From contig JAQBUT010000021.1 of assembly GCA_027623195.1 (NCBI GenBank), positions 1-64,000 of the forward strand: a DNA stretch of 64,000 nt, read 5' to 3'. This document shows positions 1 to 11,772 of the stretch, piece after piece; position 1 is the first letter of the stretch, and every line of letters begins with the position of its first letter. The notes under the pieces are model-generated. The model was not told the origin of the DNA. It saw only the letters and a list, made by a program, of their open reading frames with translations, and made no database searches. This DNA is from Chloroflexota bacterium. GTDB lineage: Bacteria; Chloroflexota; Dehalococcoidia; Lucifugimonadales; JADFKI01. Both the position numbers and the translations under genes were made by a program.

Positions 1-315
1 CATTGAGACCCGCCCCCAAGTAGCGGAAGACTCTCTTAATTTGGCCTCATTGTTGTTTGAATAAGTAGATCCACCTTAGCCCGCGCTCTTGAACGATTAT
101 GAACGAGTCTTGGTGAAAGGGGTTACCTTACAGGTATGGGGCTGATGAAGCCCAACCCGAGGGCGATCCTGAGGAATTACCGGACATTCGTTGGATATGT
201 GGTCAATCGCTTGTATGGGGTTGGAGGTTGATTGTAATATCCTTCTGGTAGTCGCCCGCGTAAATGAATATTGGCGCGCCCTCAGTCTGAAGGCAGCTTC
301 GTTAGAGGAGATTCC

Positions 316-1587
316 ATGAACGGTGGAAACAAACGCATAGGCATACTTGTTGGCGGCGGCCCCGCGCCGGGGATTAACAGCGCCATAAGCGCCTGCGTTA
401 TAGAGGCTGCCAATAAGGGCATCGAAGTAATAGGCATATTGGATGGATTTAGCCATCTCATGAAGGGGCGCACTGATATGACCCTTCCCTTAACCGTGCA
501 GGACGTTGCGCTGATTCACGCTGAGGGCGGGTCAATATTGAGAACATCCCGGGCGAACCCGACTACGGCCCCGGGTAACCTGAAAACAACCATCAACATG
601 TTGCGAGAGTTGGGTGTGTCTCATCTCGTTAGTATTGGTGGTGAGGACACGGCGTTGTCAGCGTCGCAGGTAGCCTTAAATTCCGACGGCGACGTTAGGG
701 TCGCGCACATACCAAAGACCATAGACAACGATCTTCCGCTGCCCGGGGGCATACCGACATTTGGTTATGAGACGGCGCGGCACGTTGGCACCCAGCTGGT
801 GCTTAACTTGATGGAAGACAGCCGAACTACAAATCGTTGGTTTGTCGTTGTGGTAATGGGCCGCAAGGCAGGACACCTGGCCCTGGGCATAGGGAAGGCT
901 GCCGGCGCCGCTCTGACATTGATACCTGAGGAATTCCCAGACGGAGGCATTGGCATAGATGACGTCGTAAAAGTCATCGAAGGGGCCATGCTCAAGCGGA
1001 AGATTTCGGGGAGAGACGACGGTGTCGCCGTAATTGCAGAGGGAGTGGCCGAGAAACTGGACCCTGAGGAGCTGGCGAGGCTGGCAGGCGTGGACATCGC
1101 CCGAGACCCTCACGGTCACATTAGGCTAGGCGAAATCCCGGTTGCCGCTATCATCCGACGCGAGGTGCAAAAGAAGTTCGCGCAGTTGGGAGAAGACCTG
1201 GGCATGGTAGACGTGACTGTTGGATATGAGCTTCGGTGCGCGCCTCCTATCCCTTTTGATATCGATTACACCCGGACGCTGGGGTACGGAGCCATCCAAT
1301 TCTTGCTATCGGAGCCGACGAGCGAGAAGCTGGCCCACGGCGGTCTGGTCTACATGGAGGACGGCAACCTGAGCGCAATGCCTTTCGAAGATATGCGAGA
1401 CGAGGTTACGGGTAAGACTAGAATCCGTGTCGTCGATACAGCATCTCAGTACTACGAGGTCGCCCGCGAGTACATGACGCGCCTGGAAAGCTCGGATTTG
1501 GATGACGAGGATAAGCTGTCCAAACTGGCGGAGGCATGCCACAAGACGCCAGATGAGGTCAGGGCTCGATTCGCCTCGGTTGTCTAA
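316..1587 (+). CDS. pfp: Pyrophosphate-dependent 6-phosphofructokinase
   Basis: PFK motifs GGGPAPGIN, GGEDT, PKTIDND and MGR. The Asp of GGED and Lys of PKTIDND are the PPi-type signature. GAGGAG RBS precedes ATG 316. Confidence 0.9.
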   Translation: MNGGNKRIGILVGGGPAPGINSAISACVIEAANKGIEVIGILDGFSHLMKGRTDMTLPLTVQDVALIHAEGGSILRTSRANPTTAPGNLKTTINMLRELGVSHLVSIGGEDTALSASQVALNSDGDVRVAHIPKTIDNDLPLPGGIPTFGYETARHVGTQLVLNLMEDSRTTNRWFVVVVMGRKAGHLALGIGKAAGAALTLIPEEFPDGGIGIDDVVKVIEGAMLKRKISGRDDGVAVIAEGVAEKLDPEELARLAGVDIARDPHGHIRLGEIPVAAIIRREVQKKFAQLGEDLGMVDVTVGYELRCAPPIPFDIDYTRTLGYGAIQFLLSEPTSEKLAHGGLVYMEDGNLSAMPFEDMRDEVTGKTRIRVVDTASQYYEVAREYMTRLESSDLDDEDKLSKLAEACHKTPDEVRARFASVV

Positions 1588-1684
1588 TGTATCGATTCAG
1601 TCTTAACTATCTAGTCAAATGCCATTTTCCGCAATTTGTGGCGAATAGCACGGAGCCAAGATGATTGAACTCGTGGTCGGGTAG

Positions 1685-2647
1685 TTGAACGAGTCATTGC
1701 CGGAAGGACTGCAGGGCCACTCTCACGACCTCAGGGACGCAGGCCGCCGAAGTCTCTGGATGGCTTTTGCGTTGGTCGTTTCGTTCATGCTAGTCGAAGT
1801 TGGCGCCGGATTGTGGTCCAACAGCCTGTCGTTGCTGGCGGACGCCGCGCATATGATTACGGATGCCGCAGCTATCGGTCTTGCTCTATTCGCCATGTGG
1901 ATCGCTTCCAGGCCTGAGTCCTTCAACCGCACCTTCGGCTTCCATCGAGCAGAGGTCATCGCCGCCCTCCTGAACGCCCTGGCCATGTGGCTGATTGCCG
2001 CCGGGATCTTCTTTGAGGCCTCGGGCAGATTCTCTCAGCCTCCCGAGATTCAGGGTGTGCCGGTTCTGGTCGTCGGCGCTCTAGGGCTGGCGATTAACGT
2101 GGTGGCCGCGTGGTTGTTAAAGCGAACGTCCGGGGCCAGCGTAAACGTTGAGGGTGCGTTTATCCACGTTCTTGGTGACCTTCTGGGGTCCATGGGGGTA
2201 ATTGTAGCCGCCCTTCTGATTATTTCCTTTGGGTGGTGGCTGGCCGACCCTATAATTAGCATAATTATTGGAATCCTTTTGCTCATTAGCTCCGGTCGTC
2301 TGCTTTGGAAGGTGCTTCACGTCCTCATGCAGGGCACACCAGCGCATATAGACCTTGACGGCCTGTGCCAACGTTTGGAGGGTGTGGCTGGCGTCACTGG
2401 GGTCCACGATATTCATGCGTGGACCGTTACCACCGGCTACGATGTTTTCAGCGCCCACGTAACCGCCAATGAGGCATCCGGCCGAACCCGCGAGCAGACT
2501 TTGCTGGCACTTCGGGACATTGCCTCGCGGGAGTTTGGCATCTCCCACGTCACCATACAGTTAGAGGACGGTATGGCAGAGTGTGAGGAGGTCCATCACA
2601 ATCCGCATGCTCTTCAAAGCGGGAGAAATACTGCTTCCAAGGTCTAA
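1685..2647 (+). CDS. Cation diffusion facilitator (CzcD/ZitB-like Zn/Co/Cd efflux)
   Basis: SLSLLADAAHMITD, HVLGDLLGS, VHDIHAW and HVTIQLE motifs; His-rich termini. Confidence 0.92.
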   Translation: MNESLPEGLQGHSHDLRDAGRRSLWMAFALVVSFMLVEVGAGLWSNSLSLLADAAHMITDAAAIGLALFAMWIASRPESFNRTFGFHRAEVIAALLNALAMWLIAAGIFFEASGRFSQPPEIQGVPVLVVGALGLAINVVAAWLLKRTSGASVNVEGAFIHVLGDLLGSMGVIVAALLIISFGWWLADPIISIIIGILLLISSGRLLWKVLHVLMQGTPAHIDLDGLCQRLEGVAGVTGVHDIHAWTVTTGYDVFSAHVTANEASGRTREQTLLALRDIASREFGISHVTIQLEDGMAECEEVHHNPHALQSGRNTASKV

Positions 2648-2723
2648 AGCCGGCAAGGCTTTACCATCGTATTACAGGTTGACCGGGTTTCGGTAACTCG
2701 TCTTTGCCATCGCGAGATGGCGT

Positions 2724-3683
2724 TTGGGGATTACATATATGTACTCTAAAAAAACAACAGGGCTTACAAGGGCGATATACGCGATTTTATTTATCGTCGT
2801 CATGACAGCCTGCACGGGAACGCCCCCGCAGGCGGAACCAACCGCGGTACCGACAGTTACAGTTACGCCATCAATTCCACCGGGGCAGCAGCAAACTCAG
2901 CTTCAGTTGGCGTTCGCTACTACGGATTACGGAGTAGGCCGCAATCGTCTGGCCTTTGGACTGATTGACAGCGAGAATGGACCTATTCGTGACGCCGCCG
3001 TCGAGGTCCAAACCTTCATTCTTTCGCCGGGAGGTCAGCAGGAGGGCCCTGTGGAGACCGTGATGGCCGTATTTCGAGAGTGGCCCGTCAGTCCCAGGGG
3101 CATATACACTGCGGAGCTTAATCTGGACAGGGAAGGGGCGTGGGGCATTGGTGTGATTGCCAGCCAGGCCAATGGCGATGTGCGCTCCGCTGCTAGTCCC
3201 GTCCAGGTGAAGAAAACCAGCTCTACTCCGGAACTGGGCTCGCCCGCGCCACGCAGCGTTACCAAGACCTTGGCCGACGTAGATGGACTGGACCAGATCA
3301 CTTCGGACGTTGACCCTGACGTCGACCTTTACCAGATGACGGTGGCCGATGCGCTTGATACGGGAAAGCCGCTTCTACTCGCTTTTTCGACCCCAGCGTT
3401 TTGCCAGACAGCAACCTGTGGACCTCAACTAGACGTCCTGAAAGAGCTGAAGGCCGACTATGCGGGCAGGGCCAATTTCATCCACGTTGAGGTGTACGAC
3501 AATCCTCACGAGATACAGGGAGACCTGCGCAACGCGGTCGTATCACCTGCGCTGGCGGAATGGGGCTTGCCCAGCGAACCCTGGACTTTCGTCGTAGACG
3601 GACAAGGCATAGTACAGGCCAAGTTCGAGTCATTTACTACCAGGGACGAGCTGGAGGCTGCGCTGGAGGCTGCGTTGCCGTAG
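2724..3683 (+). CDS. Lipoprotein with C-terminal thioredoxin-like fold
   Basis: Hydrophobic leader ending MTAC; TPAFCQTATCGP and EPWTFVVD motifs. Start is uncertain. Confidence 0.65.
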   Translation: MGITYMYSKKTTGLTRAIYAILFIVVMTACTGTPPQAEPTAVPTVTVTPSIPPGQQQTQLQLAFATTDYGVGRNRLAFGLIDSENGPIRDAAVEVQTFILSPGGQQEGPVETVMAVFREWPVSPRGIYTAELNLDREGAWGIGVIASQANGDVRSAASPVQVKKTSSTPELGSPAPRSVTKTLADVDGLDQITSDVDPDVDLYQMTVADALDTGKPLLLAFSTPAFCQTATCGPQLDVLKELKADYAGRANFIHVEVYDNPHEIQGDLRNAVVSPALAEWGLPSEPWTFVVDGQGIVQAKFESFTTRDELEAALEAALP

Positions 3684-3709
3684 GGAGTTTCGCTCGCGCC
3701 ACCTGGGCG

Positions 3710-4729
3710 TTAAGACGCCGCCTTACCTGCTAATTTGCTGGATAGGCCTCCTGTCTGATGCATCCAGCGGATCATGTCCGAGACCGTCTCATTGGTGTTT
3801 CGATATTTTATGCCGAGATCGCCAATCGTGCTTGAGTCGTCACAGTGAAGGTCCCACTTGGCCAAGTCAAATACCTCCCTGTTGATTGGAAGTCGAATCC
3901 TGAAGGCATTCTGGGCAAATTGGGCCAATTGAACGACCGGGAGCAGACTCCAAGCAGGCATGGTGACGAGCCGAACTGTATTGCCAGTGACTGTGGACAG
4001 GCTGCCGGCTAGGTCGCCGACCGGGTTGTAATTACCGCTGGCCATGTACCTACGAGAGCCTTTGCCTGGTTCCATTAATGCCGCGTGGATATTTGCGACA
4101 TCTCTTACATCGACTATCGGTATGCCGCCCGGCGGGAAAGTGTTCAATGGGTTCTTCAGAATGTTGACTATCGTTTGCGGCCCCTCGCCCCAATGTGGGT
4201 CGTGCGGCCCCCACACCGCACCGGGATAAGTGATTGCCACAGGAGCTCCCTGCGCCTGATAATCACGCGCAACTCTTTCAGCGTCCGCTTTAGACCTGAT
4301 GTAGACACCCGGTGGGTTTTTGACCGGAGACTCGGGTGTCAAGACTTCGCCCTCAGGCGGCACGAGTGCGACTACGCTGGAAACATAGACAATGGGGTCT
4401 TTCCCTGAGCGATATGCGGTCCCTAAAACCGTGTCGGTGCCAGTGACGTTCGTATTTCGGATATTCGCGGCCTGGCGAACGTCGAAGGAATATACAGATG
4501 CCGCATGGACCACGGCATCGCAGCCATCCATCGCCTTTTCAACGCTGCCGGAGTCAATTACGTCCCCAGCGGTAAATGGGATATCTTCGGTTATTCCAAG
4601 GGGTTCAAGTGCAGACTTGATTCTGTCGGGAGAGCGCACCAGTAGGTTCACCTCGTGACCCGCGTCCAGAAGCGCCTTGACAGTGTGCGCGCCAACAAAT
4701 CCAGTGCCTCCGGTTACCATTACACGCAT
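3710..4729 (-). CDS. NAD-dependent epimerase/dehydratase (extended SDR)
   Basis: VTGGTGFVG, HAAS and YIRSK (YxxxK) motifs. Confidence 0.9.
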   Translation of the reverse strand: MRVMVTGGTGFVGAHTVKALLDAGHEVNLLVRSPDRIKSALEPLGITEDIPFTAGDVIDSGSVEKAMDGCDAVVHAASVYSFDVRQAANIRNTNVTGTDTVLGTAYRSGKDPIVYVSSVVALVPPEGEVLTPESPVKNPPGVYIRSKADAERVARDYQAQGAPVAITYPGAVWGPHDPHWGEGPQTIVNILKNPLNTFPPGGIPIVDVRDVANIHAALMEPGKGSRRYMASGNYNPVGDLAGSLSTVTGNTVRLVTMPAWSLLPVVQLAQFAQNAFRIRLPINREVFDLAKWDLHCDDSSTIGDLGIKYRNTNETVSDMIRWMHQTGGLSSKLAGKAAS

Positions 4730-4841
4730 TTGATTCTCCTCCTGGGATATTTAAGACTGAGGTCGATTTCCTGGAATCTTAGGTCGGACTGTTATCGTTT
4801 TGTCTAGATTCCGGTAGCGTTCTGCAACCAGACTTATTTCG

Positions 4842-5129
4842 CTAAGGCATTTCCACCATGATGGCGTTGCCATTCGAGGCACCGGTGCGAAGACCTATGA
4901 TGGCCTGGTAATCGTCGGAATGGTACCACTCCTTGGCCCGTTCCAAGCTCTCGAACTTTAGCACCACGATGCGATGGGGATTCCAGTCGCCTTCCAGCGC
5001 CTCGGCAACGCCGCCCCGAATTATGTATTCGCCTCCGTACTTAGCGATGGTGTCCGGCACGACCTTCCTGTATTCGTCGAACTTCTCCTGATCAGTCACT
5101 TCTATGTCTGCGATGAGGTATCCTGCCAT
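4842..5129 (-). CDS. DUF1330 family protein
   Basis: MAGYLIADIEV...YGGEYIIRGG...LEGDW...KEWYHSDDYQ. Start trimmed from the ORF track. Confidence 0.88.
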   Translation of the reverse strand: MAGYLIADIEVTDQEKFDEYRKVVPDTIAKYGGEYIIRGGVAEALEGDWNPHRIVVLKFESLERAKEWYHSDDYQAIIGLRTGASNGNAIMVEMP

Positions 5130-5359
5130 GTTGCCATCCGTTCGAATGTGATTTCCATTCGGTATCGTATTGTCGTGCTTAATGCGTGTCAACATCGAAG
5201 GCAGGGTTTGAGCAGGACGAACGCCTTCTTGCCAGCATGAACTGAGGAAGCGAAATGGTGGTAGGATTTTCATCACATATTGGATAGAAGGGTTTGATGG
5301 GGCACGCCTAATTGTGCGTAAAGGTTTATATGAAAAGAAAGAGCGTTTGAGGCGATAAG

Positions 5360-6412
5360 ATGGCATGGTTCTTGTCCCGGCTGAGGGGAGTAGTTGTTGC
5401 CTTACCGACAGGGTTTTGGCCCTCTGTGTGGGTCGTTGCCATCGTAAGCACTCTACTATCATTGGTAGTCGGCATGGGATTCCTCTCCGTTAATCAGGAC
5501 AGATTTCTTCCCCCGTTCAAGAAGCCTCAGTACTCCGAATCAGTGATCGAATACGACATGCAATACATCCTCAACTCGGAGGAATATAACGATGTAATTT
5601 TCGTCGGCGGAAGCGGGGCGTTGGCAGCGCTGGTTACCAACTCGTTTCAGGAGAAGACCGGGCTTCGCGCATACAATTTGGGAACAGTCAACCTCATAGG
5701 ACCAGACGGTCAACTAGAGATGGTCAGGGCATATCTTAATAATCATCCCAAGCCTCAGGCGGTAGTCAATCTGGCCTTTCCAGGAGACCTGGTCGATACC
5801 AGTACATCCGACCCCGAACTTCGAGATAGATTCCTCCGAGCCTATGGCGTCGAGTTGAAGTCAGGAGGGCTCTCTCGGTTCGAGCAGGCGAAGAATTACG
5901 TCCAAGAGGGAAGGCTAATCGTAAAGCGCGTGGTCAGCAATCGCTTAAAGGACCCGTACTATATAGGACGCGGCAGCCGTCCTACCCATAACGCCATGGG
6001 CCCCCAAATGGTCGAATCGAGAGGCTTCGTTCCATATCCTCAAGAGGAATTCGAGTTCGTAGATGTGGATTACCTGGAATTCATAGACGCCTTTATCGTA
6101 ACGGACTGGTATGACCGAAACCTGCGAGATATGGCTCGGCATGTGCAGGTACAGGGTGTTGAGTTCGTCGTATTTATCATGCCCGTCCCCCAATACGACA
6201 AGGAAATTGACGAAGACCCTTTAGCTCTTTGGGCCTCGGAATTCCTAGATGATTTCCCTGATGCTACCGTCAAGGGTTTGCCTTTGGAGAGATACGAGGG
6301 CAGCCTGTGGGGTAACCCGACCCACCTAAATCAAGGCGGGGCCGAGTTATTTACCGGAAGCGTTTCAAGAGAGCTTGGCAGTTTGTTGAGCGGATCTACT
6401 GCCGGCAAATAG
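5360..6412 (+). CDS. Membrane-anchored hypothetical protein, possibly SGNH-like
   Basis: N-terminal TM helix; VIFVGGS, AYNLG and C-terminal THLNQGGAELF resemble SGNH blocks. Confidence 0.55.
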   Translation: MAWFLSRLRGVVVALPTGFWPSVWVVAIVSTLLSLVVGMGFLSVNQDRFLPPFKKPQYSESVIEYDMQYILNSEEYNDVIFVGGSGALAALVTNSFQEKTGLRAYNLGTVNLIGPDGQLEMVRAYLNNHPKPQAVVNLAFPGDLVDTSTSDPELRDRFLRAYGVELKSGGLSRFEQAKNYVQEGRLIVKRVVSNRLKDPYYIGRGSRPTHNAMGPQMVESRGFVPYPQEEFEFVDVDYLEFIDAFIVTDWYDRNLRDMARHVQVQGVEFVVFIMPVPQYDKEIDEDPLALWASEFLDDFPDATVKGLPLERYEGSLWGNPTHLNQGGAELFTGSVSRELGSLLSGSTAGK

Positions 6413-6665
6413 CCAGTGCCGTTGAGGGACGGAGCTATTTGGCCTCACGGAAACGAACAAGGACAGCCCCGGCCAATTCAAAGGAACGGGCAGTGAACCG
6501 CCGGCGGGCCTTGGCCCCTCCACCGGGTGTTGGAGTTCATTGGCTGTCGGGAGTGCTCGCGGACGGGCAATTTTAATATTCGTGATATGATTAGGTACTT
6601 GGGCTAGCCCGCCTTTGGCGGGGTGGCCGTTTGGCGTGTTCAGTTTTTTGTTCGAGGTCTGATTT

Positions 6666-9600
6666 ATGAGTCTTAGCGTGTTGGGCAGTATGCTGGAGTC
6701 GGCTCCCCAGTACCAACGGCTTGAGGAGTCGCTGAAAAAATCCAGGGTGCGGGCCAGGGCGCAAGTGCTCTCCAATGCGGTGCCATTTACGCTGTCCACC
6801 ATATGGCGTCGGCTGCAACATCCCATGCTGGTAGTAACCCCAAAGCCCGAGGACGCCAGGCGAGTCCACGAGCAGCTCATCAACTGGATTGGTGACGATT
6901 CCATGGTCCTGCACTTTCAGGAGTCTGAAATCCTTCCCTTCGAACGTCTCGCATCCGACAGGGAAACGGTTCACCAGCGCCTACGAACGCTCTCCGCAAT
7001 GTCTAATCAGAATGGGCAAGCCCCTATCATCGTAGCCTCCACGGCGGCGGTGGCCCAGAAGACACTGGCTAAGGAAACTTTCTCCTTTCGAAGCCACTCG
7101 ATTACCAAAGGACAGCAGATCGACCTGGACGACATGTTGGACCAGTGGAGGCGTATGGGCTACGACTTCGAGTCTGCCGTGTACGGACCTGGCACTGTAA
7201 GCCGGCGCGGCGGAATCATCGACATATTTCCCATCGGCGCAGACCGCCCATCTCGCATCGAGCTCTGGGGCAACGAGATAGACAGCATCCGCCACTTCGA
7301 ACCCTCTACGCAACGTTCCACCGATATTGTCGAGTCCATAGACATCATCCCGGCAGACGAAATTCTTCCTGGCCTCACCTCTTTTGAAGAACTGGACCGC
7401 ATGATGGCCTTCATTGACGTGGCCAACTGCACCGAGCAGGCTAGGGAGCGCATTCGAGAGGAATTCGACCTTCTTCTCGATGGGCAACAGGTAGACGATC
7501 TGGGATTCTACGCCGGATTCTTCAATCGAGGCTCACTGCTGGACTACTTCGCCAGCGATGGGATTGTAGTGATGTACAAACCCAGCGAAATCGAGGGGGC
7601 CGCTTGGGACCTTGAAGAGCGGTCGCATCAGCTCAGAGAGAACAAGGAGCAGCGAGGCGAACTCCCGGCTAACTTCCCCTCCTCGCACCTGATCTGGCAT
7701 GACATTACCCAGGCCATCGAGACCTTTGACAGGGTGTTGGAGTTGACCCCTTGGGGGGCAGAGGATCTGGACTACCATGACGCCATCGTGCTGCCCTTCT
7801 CATCTCCGCCGTCCTACTTCGGTAAGCTAGACAGCTTTGTTGAGGACGTGCGCGAACTGAATGAGGACTCCCATCGGGTTGTAGCCGTCACCAACCACGC
7901 CCGCAGGTTAAGAGAGATTCTTGCGGATTACGGCGTGGGCGCGACGCTTCCTGATGAGTTGGAGGCGCTACCCGAGCCGCCCGTTGTTACGGTGTTGCAG
8001 TCCGAAGCAGGTGGCATTAATGAGGGCTTCATCCTATCAGGGGAGAAGCAGAAATTGGCGGTCTACAGCGACCTGGAGATCTTTGGCGTTGCCAAGCAGC
8101 GTCGGACGCGTAGGCGCAGCACGGCAGCTATGCGAGACGCCTTCCTTGCGGAGATTTCGCCCGGTGATTACGTGGTGCACGTGGAGCACGGCATTGGCCG
8201 CTTCACCGGCGTAGGCCACATGGCTAAGGACGAGGAAAAGAAGGGCGCGGAATATCTGATCCTTCAGTATGCCCAGGGTGACAAGCTGTACGTGCCGCTG
8301 GATCACTTGGATAGGGTGACCGGGTACGTCGCGCCATTGGACAGGGCACCAAACCTCACTCGCCTGGGCACGCAGGAGTGGAAGAGGGCCAAGGAAAGGG
8401 CCGAGAATTCCACCAGAGAGATGGCGGCAGAGTTGCTGACGCTGTACGCCTCCAGGGAGATGGTGGAGGGCCACGCCTTTCAGCCCGATAGCGTTTGGCA
8501 AAACGAGATGGAAGAGTCCTTCCCCTTTGAGGAGACCGTGGACCAGCTCTCAACTATCGCCGAGGTCAAGGGCGATATGGAAAACAAGAAGCCAATGGAC
8601 CGCCTGGTGTGCGGTGACGTTGGCTACGGCAAGACTGAGATCGCTTTACGCGCTGCGTTCAAGGCCGTAATGGATGGGAAGCAGGTGGCAGTGCTGGTGC
8701 CGACTACCGTGCTTGCCCAGCAGCATTACGTCACATTCTCCCAGAGACTCAGCGCCTACCCGTCCAGGGTAGAAGTGCTTAGCCGATTCCGCTCGGATAA
8801 GGAGCAACGGGAGATTCTAGAGGGCCTGGCGGATGGTAAGGTGGATATCTGCATCGGTACCCATCGGCTGATTCAGAAGGACGTGCAGTTCAAGGACCTG
8901 GGCCTGGTCGTCGTAGACGAAGAGCAGCGCTTTGGAGTCGCCCACAAGGAGCGCCTAAAGCAGATGCGCCAGGAGGTTGACGTCCTCACGCTGACCGCGA
9001 CGCCAATTCCTCGAACGCTGCACATGTCCATGGCGGGCGTTCGAGACATGAGCACCATGGAGACGCCTCCTGAGGAGCGCTTGCCCATCAAGACCTACGT
9101 TTCGGAGTTCAGCGACGAGCTGATTCGCGAGGCTATCCTGAGAGAACTGGACAGGCAGGGGCAGGTCTACTTCCTGCACAACCGCGTGCACAACATCGAC
9201 TACATGGCCCAGTACGTCAACAGGCTGGTGCCTGAGGCGAGAATCGGCGTGGGCCACGGGCAGATGGCCGAGGGCGAGCTGGAAAACGTCATGATGGAAT
9301 TCGCCGAGGGCAAAATGGATGTGCTGATGTGCACTACCATCATCGAGTCCGGCCTTGATATCCCTAATGTCAACACGCTCATTATAAACCGGGCGGACTC
9401 CTTTGGACTCTCCCAGCTTTACCAGCTACGAGGCAGGGTAGGGCGCAGCGCCCGCAGGGCATACGCCTACTTGCTGATTCCGCCGGCCAAGGGCCTCACC
9501 GAGGCTGCCGAGAAGCGCCTGAAAGCCATGTTGGCCGCAACTGAGCTTGGCGCGGGCTTTCGCATCGCAATGAAGGACCTGGAGATTCGCGGCGCGGGCA

Positions 9601-10274
9601 ACATTCTGGGCGCGGAGCAGAGCGGCCAGATACACGCGGTGGGCTTCGACCTCTACACCCGGTTGCTGTCCAACGCCGTGGAGGAGTTGCGGGCCATGCG
9701 GGAGAGCGGGCAGCAGTCCGCCGCAGCGGACGAAAACGGCGCCGACATGTCCAATATTCTTCCTGCAGGGAGTTTGCCCGGAGCGAAGGCGCTCAGCGTT
9801 GAACCGGAGTACGGGACCGCGGTGGAAGTCGGCATCCCGGCTAGCGTTCCCGAGGACTACATCGATGACCTGTCTACGCGGCTGGGCATCTACCAGCGGC
9901 TGGTTCAGCTCAAGGGCACAGAACAGGTCGACGATATGGAAGATGAGCTACGGGACCGCTTCGGCCCGGTACCCTGGCAGGTGGAGAATCTTTTCTATGT
10001 GGTGAAGCTGAAGTTGCTGGCCAAGACCGCGCACATCGAGTCCATCAATCGAGACCGGGACAAGATAGTGCTGCGTTTCTCCGGCGATATTGGCGGCGCG
10101 AAGCGGGCGATGCAGCGCACGCTGGGCCGTAACTACGAGGTAGGCAACAACCAGATTCGCATGTCGCTGGAAAACCTGGACGCCGAGTGGGAGAAGCCCC
10201 TGATGGAGGGCGTCAAGCAGCTAGCCGACTTCATGAACCAGATGGCCACCGCCGGCATGGCCGCAGTGCGGTAG
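6666..10274 (+). CDS. mfd: Transcription-repair coupling factor
   Basis: UvrB-like N-terminus, CarD-like [39 protein letters not shown]-terminus. Confidence 0.98.
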   Translation: MSLSVLGSMLESAPQYQRLEESLKKSRVRARAQVLSNAVPFTLSTIWRRLQHPMLVVTPKPEDARRVHEQLINWIGDDSMVLHFQESEILPFERLASDRETVHQRLRTLSAMSNQNGQAPIIVASTAAVAQKTLAKETFSFRSHSITKGQQIDLDDMLDQWRRMGYDFESAVYGPGTVSRRGGIIDIFPIGADRPSRIELWGNEIDSIRHFEPSTQRSTDIVESIDIIPADEILPGLTSFEELDRMMAFIDVANCTEQARERIREEFDLLLDGQQVDDLGFYAGFFNRGSLLDYFASDGIVVMYKPSEIEGAAWDLEERSHQLRENKEQRGELPANFPSSHLIWHDITQAIETFDRVLELTPWGAEDLDYHDAIVLPFSSPPSYFGKLDSFVEDVRELNEDSHRVVAVTNHARRLREILADYGVGATLPDELEALPEPPVVTVLQSEAGGINEGFILSGEKQKLAVYSDLEIFGVAKQRRTRRRSTAAMRDAFLAEISPGDYVVHVEHGIGRFTGVGHMAKDEEKKGAEYLILQYAQGDKLYVPLDHLDRVTGYVAPLDRAPNLTRLGTQEWKRAKERAENSTREMAAELLTLYASREMVEGHAFQPDSVWQNEMEESFPFEETVDQLSTIAEVKGDMENKKPMDRLVCGDVGYGKTEIALRAAFKAVMDGKQVAVLVPTTVLAQQHYVTFSQRLSAYPSRVEVLSRFRSDKEQREILEGLADGKVDICIGTHRLIQKDVQFKDLGLVVVDEEQRFGVAHKERLKQMRQEVDVLTLTATPIPRTLHMSMAGVRDMSTMETPPEERLPIKTYVSEFSDELIREAILRELDRQGQVYFLHNRVHNIDYMAQYVNRLVPEARIGVGHGQMAEGELENVMMEFAEGKMDVLMCTTIIESGLDIPNVNTLIINRADSFGLSQLYQLRGRVGRSARRAYAYLLIPPAKGLTEAAEKRLKAMLAATELGAGFRIAMKDLEIRGAGNILGAEQSGQIHAVGFDLYTRLLSNAVEELRAMRESGQQSAAADENGADMSNILPAGSLPGAKALSVEPEYGTAVEVGIPASVPEDYIDDLSTRLGIYQRLVQLKGTEQVDDMEDELRDRFGPVPWQVENLFYVVKLKLLAKTAHIESINRDRDKIVLRFSGDIGGAKRAMQRTLGRNYEVGNNQIRMSLENLDAEWEKPLMEGVKQLADFMNQMATAGMAAVR

Positions 10275-10278
10275 GGGG

Positions 10279-10482
10279 TTATCCAGGTTTTAGGGACGGT
10301 TTTGCCTGCTGCATCCAATTTTGAATAATGGAGCTCGCCTCTGTGTGGCCAAGGGCTGTGAGTTTATAGCCCCCGTCATTGTTTCCTTCAATGAGTCGTT
10401 TGCTGAATGAGGAGGTGATGATTTTGGAAACGGTAGAACGCGCTCTCCTGTCCATGTCTTTAAGGATCTGCGCTACTGGCAC
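10279..10482 (-). pseudogene. C-terminal remnant of a winged-helix-like protein, cut at the IS relic
   Basis: AT-richer fragment (GGYKLTALG wing-like motif) whose 5' part abuts the transposase fragment at ~10500. Confidence 0.35.
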
Positions 10483-10501
10483 ATAAGCAGGGTAATATGA
10501 G

Positions 10502-10990
10502 TTCAGAAGACTAGCTCTCCCAGAAGCGATAAAGCGCTGGTCTCTGACGAGTATTCAGACGAGGCTGATCAAGACGGGCGCTCGGCTGGTGCGCCATGCC
10601 AGGAGACTCACATTCCAGTTCCGACTCCGTCGAGAATCCTCGATGAAATCGGGACTTGCCGAGGTGATGGTCAGCAGGGCTATGTTCGATGAAATGCTGG
10701 AAAGGATTGGGAGGCTGAGACCTGTACCTGGATAGCAAACCACCGACGAGCGCAAATTCATGAACGTATCGAGACTACCCAGGGCGAAGTGCGCGACGTG
10801 TAAGGTGAGGTTCGGCCTGAAACGGCCGTTCAGAGTCTTTCCAAGTCGATCGGAACTTCATTTCTCTAGATGAGATAATTTTGAGTGCGGTTCGTGGCAT
10901 TTGACAACTTCAGAATGCCGCCATATATTCTGTACTATCTCAGGAGAGCATGGTTATACAAGGACTGGATGCCATCTGGGAAATATCAGT
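10502..10990 (+). mobile_element. IS1380-family insertion sequence remnant (transposase C-terminus plus right end)
   Basis: Frame 10502-10735 reads FRRLALPEAIKRWSLTSIQTRLIKTGARLVRHARRLTFQ...LAEV...IGRLRPVPG*, typical of an IS1380 transposase end. An IR-like end CATCTGGGAAATATCAGT lies at 10973-10990. No N-terminus. Confidence 0.8.
10618..10655. repeat. Short imperfect palindromic (REP-like) element inside the transposase relic
   Basis: GTTCCGACTCCGTCGAG-AATC-CTCGATGAAATCGGGAC; the arms pair with G-U wobbles and a few mismatches. Confidence 0.6.
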
Positions 10991-11018
10991 TTAGATTTTT
11001 GGATCGAGTAAGGGGAAG

Positions 11019-11480
11019 ATGCTAAAGGATTTCAAGGACTTTGCGACGCGAGGTAACGTTGTAGACCTTGCCGTAGCGTTCATCCTCGGTACGGCGTTTA
11101 CAACCATAATAAAGTCACTTGTGTCAGACATCATTATGCCACCCATAGGTTTGTTAATCGGCGGAGTAGACTTTGCAGACCTATTCATTCTTCTCAAGGC
11201 AGGCACACCCTCAGGGCCCTACGTAGCCCTCGCCGACGCTCAGGCGGCCGGGGCCGTCACAATGAACTATGGTGTTTTCATAAACAACGTCATAGCATTC
11301 ATCATAGTCGCTTTCGTCTTGTTCCTGATCGTTCGCTGGATTGTCAAAATGAAGCGCGTCGAGGAAGCGCCTCCAGCAGTGCCGACAACAAAATCATGCC
11401 CGTATTGTTTCTCCAACATTGCGATTGAAGCTTCCCGCTGCTCTGCCTGTACATCCGAACTTTCCGCTGAGTCCGCTTAG
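11019..11480 (+). CDS. mscL: Large-conductance mechanosensitive channel with C-terminal Zn ribbon
   Basis: FKDFATRGNVVDLAVA, SLVSDIIMPPI, NYGVFI; CPYC...CSAC tail. Confidence 0.96.
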   Translation: MLKDFKDFATRGNVVDLAVAFILGTAFTTIIKSLVSDIIMPPIGLLIGGVDFADLFILLKAGTPSGPYVALADAQAAGAVTMNYGVFINNVIAFIIVAFVLFLIVRWIVKMKRVEEAPPAVPTTKSCPYCFSNIAIEASRCSACTSELSAESA

Positions 11481-11501
11481 GCTTTTTCCATACGATTACG
11501 C

Positions 11502-11772
11502 ATGACTAAGGTACGAGGCGCATCTGTCGGCGCTGGTGGCAGAGGTGGCCTTCGGAGGGCAGCAGGTCATCATCGAGCGGCGGGGTAAGCCCATGGCAGC
11601 TCTGGTCGGCCTGGATAATAAGGGACCCAAGACGGAGCGTCAAAAAAAGTCGCCTGATGATGCACGTGGTGCGCTGGCGCTGGTGGGTGCGTGGCGTCAG
11701 TTGGATGATTCTCATGCCGCAGCAACTCTCGCAGACATTCACGCCCAGAGAGACAAGGGTTACAACGCCTGA
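11502..11772 (+). CDS. Phd/YefM-family antitoxin, 5' end apparently frameshifted
   Basis: AHLSALVAEVAFGGQQVIIERRGKPMAALV is a Phd/YefM core. ATG 11502 (MTKVR) is out of frame with it; the first in-frame start is GTG 11536. The stop overlaps the toxin start (TGATG). Confidence 0.75.

Noticed and set aside
6413..6600. Possible ncRNA upstream of mfd (GACAGCC...GGCTGTC pairing)
   Set aside because: Only short pairings; no SRP, 6S, tmRNA, RNase P or riboswitch consensus recognised.
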